From Candidatus Anderseniibacteriota bacterium (GTDB lineage Bacteria > Patescibacteriota > Andersenbacteria > UBA10190): DNA of 64,000 nucleotides. Shown piece after piece: positions 62,745 through 64,000 of the stretch. Both the position numbers and the translations under genes were made by a program. The notes under the pieces are model-generated. The model had not been told where the DNA came from, did no database searches, and saw nothing but the letters and a program-made list of their open reading frames with translations. Location: positions 79,851-143,850 of the forward strand of contig JACPWO010000002.1 of assembly GCA_016197005.1 (NCBI GenBank), given 5' to 3'. Numbering within the stretch: position 1 is the stretch's first letter; the number at the start of each line of letters is the position of its first letter.

Positions 62745-64000
62745 ATGGCAACAGGATTAGAAAAACAGATCTGGATATTCCTAGGTTTGCTGGGAGTGGG
62801 ACTTTATTGCCTATTCTTGAACTATCCTAATCAGGTCATATTTGATGAAGTTCATTTTGGAAAATTTGTAACTGCTTACTGTTGCACTGGTGAGCGATTC
62901 TTTGATATTCACCCGCCGCACGCCAAGTTACTCATTGCCGGCGGTGCCAAAATTCTGGGATATACTGGTGGGTTTGATTTTGATCATATTGGAGAATCGT
63001 ATGGGGATATATCGCCGTGGAAGCTGCGAGCGGTACCAGCCTTGGCGGGAGCTCTCCTTCCACTCGTCATCTTTGGAATCTTGCGTGCGGTGGGAGTATC
63101 GCTCTCCTTTTCAATTGTGGGAGCCTTGGCGATTGCTCTCAATAATGCGCTGATTGTGCAGTCGCGGCTTATTGGGTTAGACAGTATGCTTCTCCTATTT
63201 GAGTTCAGTGCCGTTTTGGCGTCAATTCGCGGCATGAAAAAACTGCCCCAGATAGAGTGGAAGTGGTGGGTTGTTGCCGGTGCACTATCTGGGTTAGCTC
63301 TCGGAGTTAAATTTACCGGTCTGGCGGCAATCGCAATAGTCATGTGTATTGTTGTTATTACGCTTGCTGAAGAATTACGACAGCATTCGGTTAGTTCAAT
63401 ACTGTTTTCTCGTTACACGAAAATAGTAGCAACTGTTCTAGCGTCAGCGTTTATTGTGTATGTAGGCGGTTGGTTTCTTCACTTTCAACTTCTTACTAAC
63501 CCTGGATCGGGCGATGCCTGGGGAATACCAACCGGAAATTTTGTTACCGATGTCATTAAGGAACACAAGACTATGCTGGGAGCGAACTATAACCTCACCG
63601 CAACGCATCCGTATGAAAGTAAGTGGTGGCAGTGGCCGGTCATGACCCGCTCGGTATTTTATTGGACGGGTCCTAACGGTGAGTGGATATACTTCTTGGG
63701 AAATCCAATTATTTGGATCGGCTCTTCTTTGATATTTCTGACTGCTCTCTTCTCAGCTGCGCTTAGTGGTTTACGCCACTGGCCCCGAATTGCTTGGATT
63801 TTCCTCGCTGGTTACCTGATTGCATATATTCCACTTATGCGTGTCCCACGAGCACTATTTCTCTATCACTATTTAACGCCACTTCTCTTCGCAATTTTGT
63901 TGGGAGTGTGGTGGCTGGATGCTACACTGTCAGGTGAAACAAAAAAGAAGGCGGCGGTAGGGTTAGGAATTTTATTTGTGCTGGGTTTTGTGGCTATGGC
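62745..64000 (+). CDS. PMT-family (GT39, GT-C fold) protein O-glycosyltransferase, 3'-truncated by the window end
   Basis: I translated frame 0 from the ATG at 62745 by hand. It is absent from the ORF track because no stop occurs before the window end. MATGLEKQIWIFLGLLGVGLYCLFLNYPNQVIFDEVHFGKFVTAYCCTGERFFDIHPPHAKLLIAGG is the canonical PMT N-terminal loop with the DE motif. Later LIVQSRLIGLDSMLL and HPYESKWWQWP also fit. It starts 26 nt after the last pilin-like gene. Confidence 0.8.
   Translation, partial: MATGLEKQIWIFLGLLGVGLYCLFLNYPNQVIFDEVHFGKFVTAYCCTGERFFDIHPPHAKLLIAGGAKILGYTGGFDFDHIGESYGDISPWKLRAVPALAGALLPLVIFGILRAVGVSLSFSIVGALAIALNNALIVQSRLIGLDSMLLLFEFSAVLASIRGMKKLPQIEWKWWVVAGALSGLALGVKFTGLAAIAIVMCIVVITLAEELRQHSVSSILFSRYTKIVATVLASAFIVYVGGWFLHFQLLTNPGSGDAWGIPTGNFVTDVIKEHKTMLGANYNLTATHPYESKWWQWPVMTRSVFYWTGPNGEWIYFLGNPIIWIGSSLIFLTALFSAALSGLRHWPRIAWIFLAGYLIAYIPLMRVPRALFLYHYLTPLLFAILLGVWWLDATLSGETKKKAAVGLGILFVLGFVAM

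Noticed and set aside
62600-63153. Track ORFs 62600..62830 and 62890..63153 on the plus strand.
   Set aside because: They are in the wrong frames. The frame-0 ORF from 62745 gives an uninterrupted PMT-family protein with canonical motifs to the window end.

Overview
This 64 kb window is from a low-GC (roughly mid-40s %) bacterial genome with tightly packed, often overlapping genes, many secreted or membrane-anchored proteins, and a type IV pilus locus. As an inference only, this looks like an uncultured small-genome bacterium, possibly Patescibacteria/CPR-like. I found no rRNA, CRISPR array, transposase or integrase. I found one tRNA, tRNA-Ala(CGC) on the minus strand.

Housekeeping genes I can support:
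- DEAD-box RNA helicase, TypA/BipA, MurJ, Lgt.
- MsrA and MsrB.
- Class I fructose-1,6-bisphosphatase and class I fructose-bisphosphate aldolase, in one operon.
- A folate/thymidylate cluster: a long ThyX-like protein, FolA and GlyA on the minus strand, with FolC diverging from it.
- A ROK-family glucokinase, a NUDIX hydrolase, a glutaredoxin-like protein, and two DsbA-like proteins, one of them paired with a VKOR homologue.
- A SPFH/stomatin protein, an MscS channel, a UvrD-like helicase fused to a PD-(D/E)XK nuclease, two FAD-linked oxidases, and two SDR oxidoreductases.

The unusual content falls into four groups.

1. A translationally coupled minus-strand operon at 41.9-45.4 kb. It encodes a HAD-phosphatase fused to a UbiA prenyltransferase, then a clear DprE1 homologue, then a DprE2-like SDR, and ends with an FHA-domain gene and a terminator. 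This is the gene set that makes decaprenyl-phospho-arabinose in mycobacteria.

2. Several GT-C-type membrane glycosyltransferase candidates:
- a PMT/GT39 protein starting 26 nt after the last pilin-like gene (62745 onward, partial);
- a DUF2079-like protein (18741..20213);
- a 600-aa polytopic protein next to a sulfotransferase (1207..3009).

3. A type IV pilus operon: PilB, PilC and five pilin-like genes. The pilin-like proteins carry Thr/Pro/Ser-rich linkers, and one has a lamin-tail domain.

4. A six-gene surface-protein locus at 23.7-32.3 kb. It includes:
- a 4 x ~90-aa Asp/Asn-rich repeat protein;
- a 1000-aa paralogous repeat protein whose C-terminus looks like an archaeal PGF-CTERM sorting signal;
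- an S8 subtilisin that shares a novel ~50-aa C-terminal module with another secreted protein in the locus.

Taken together, I infer a polyprenyl-phosphate-pentose based O-glycosylation system for pilins and/or surface-layer proteins. Every product call is from motif recognition by eye. None was checked against a database.
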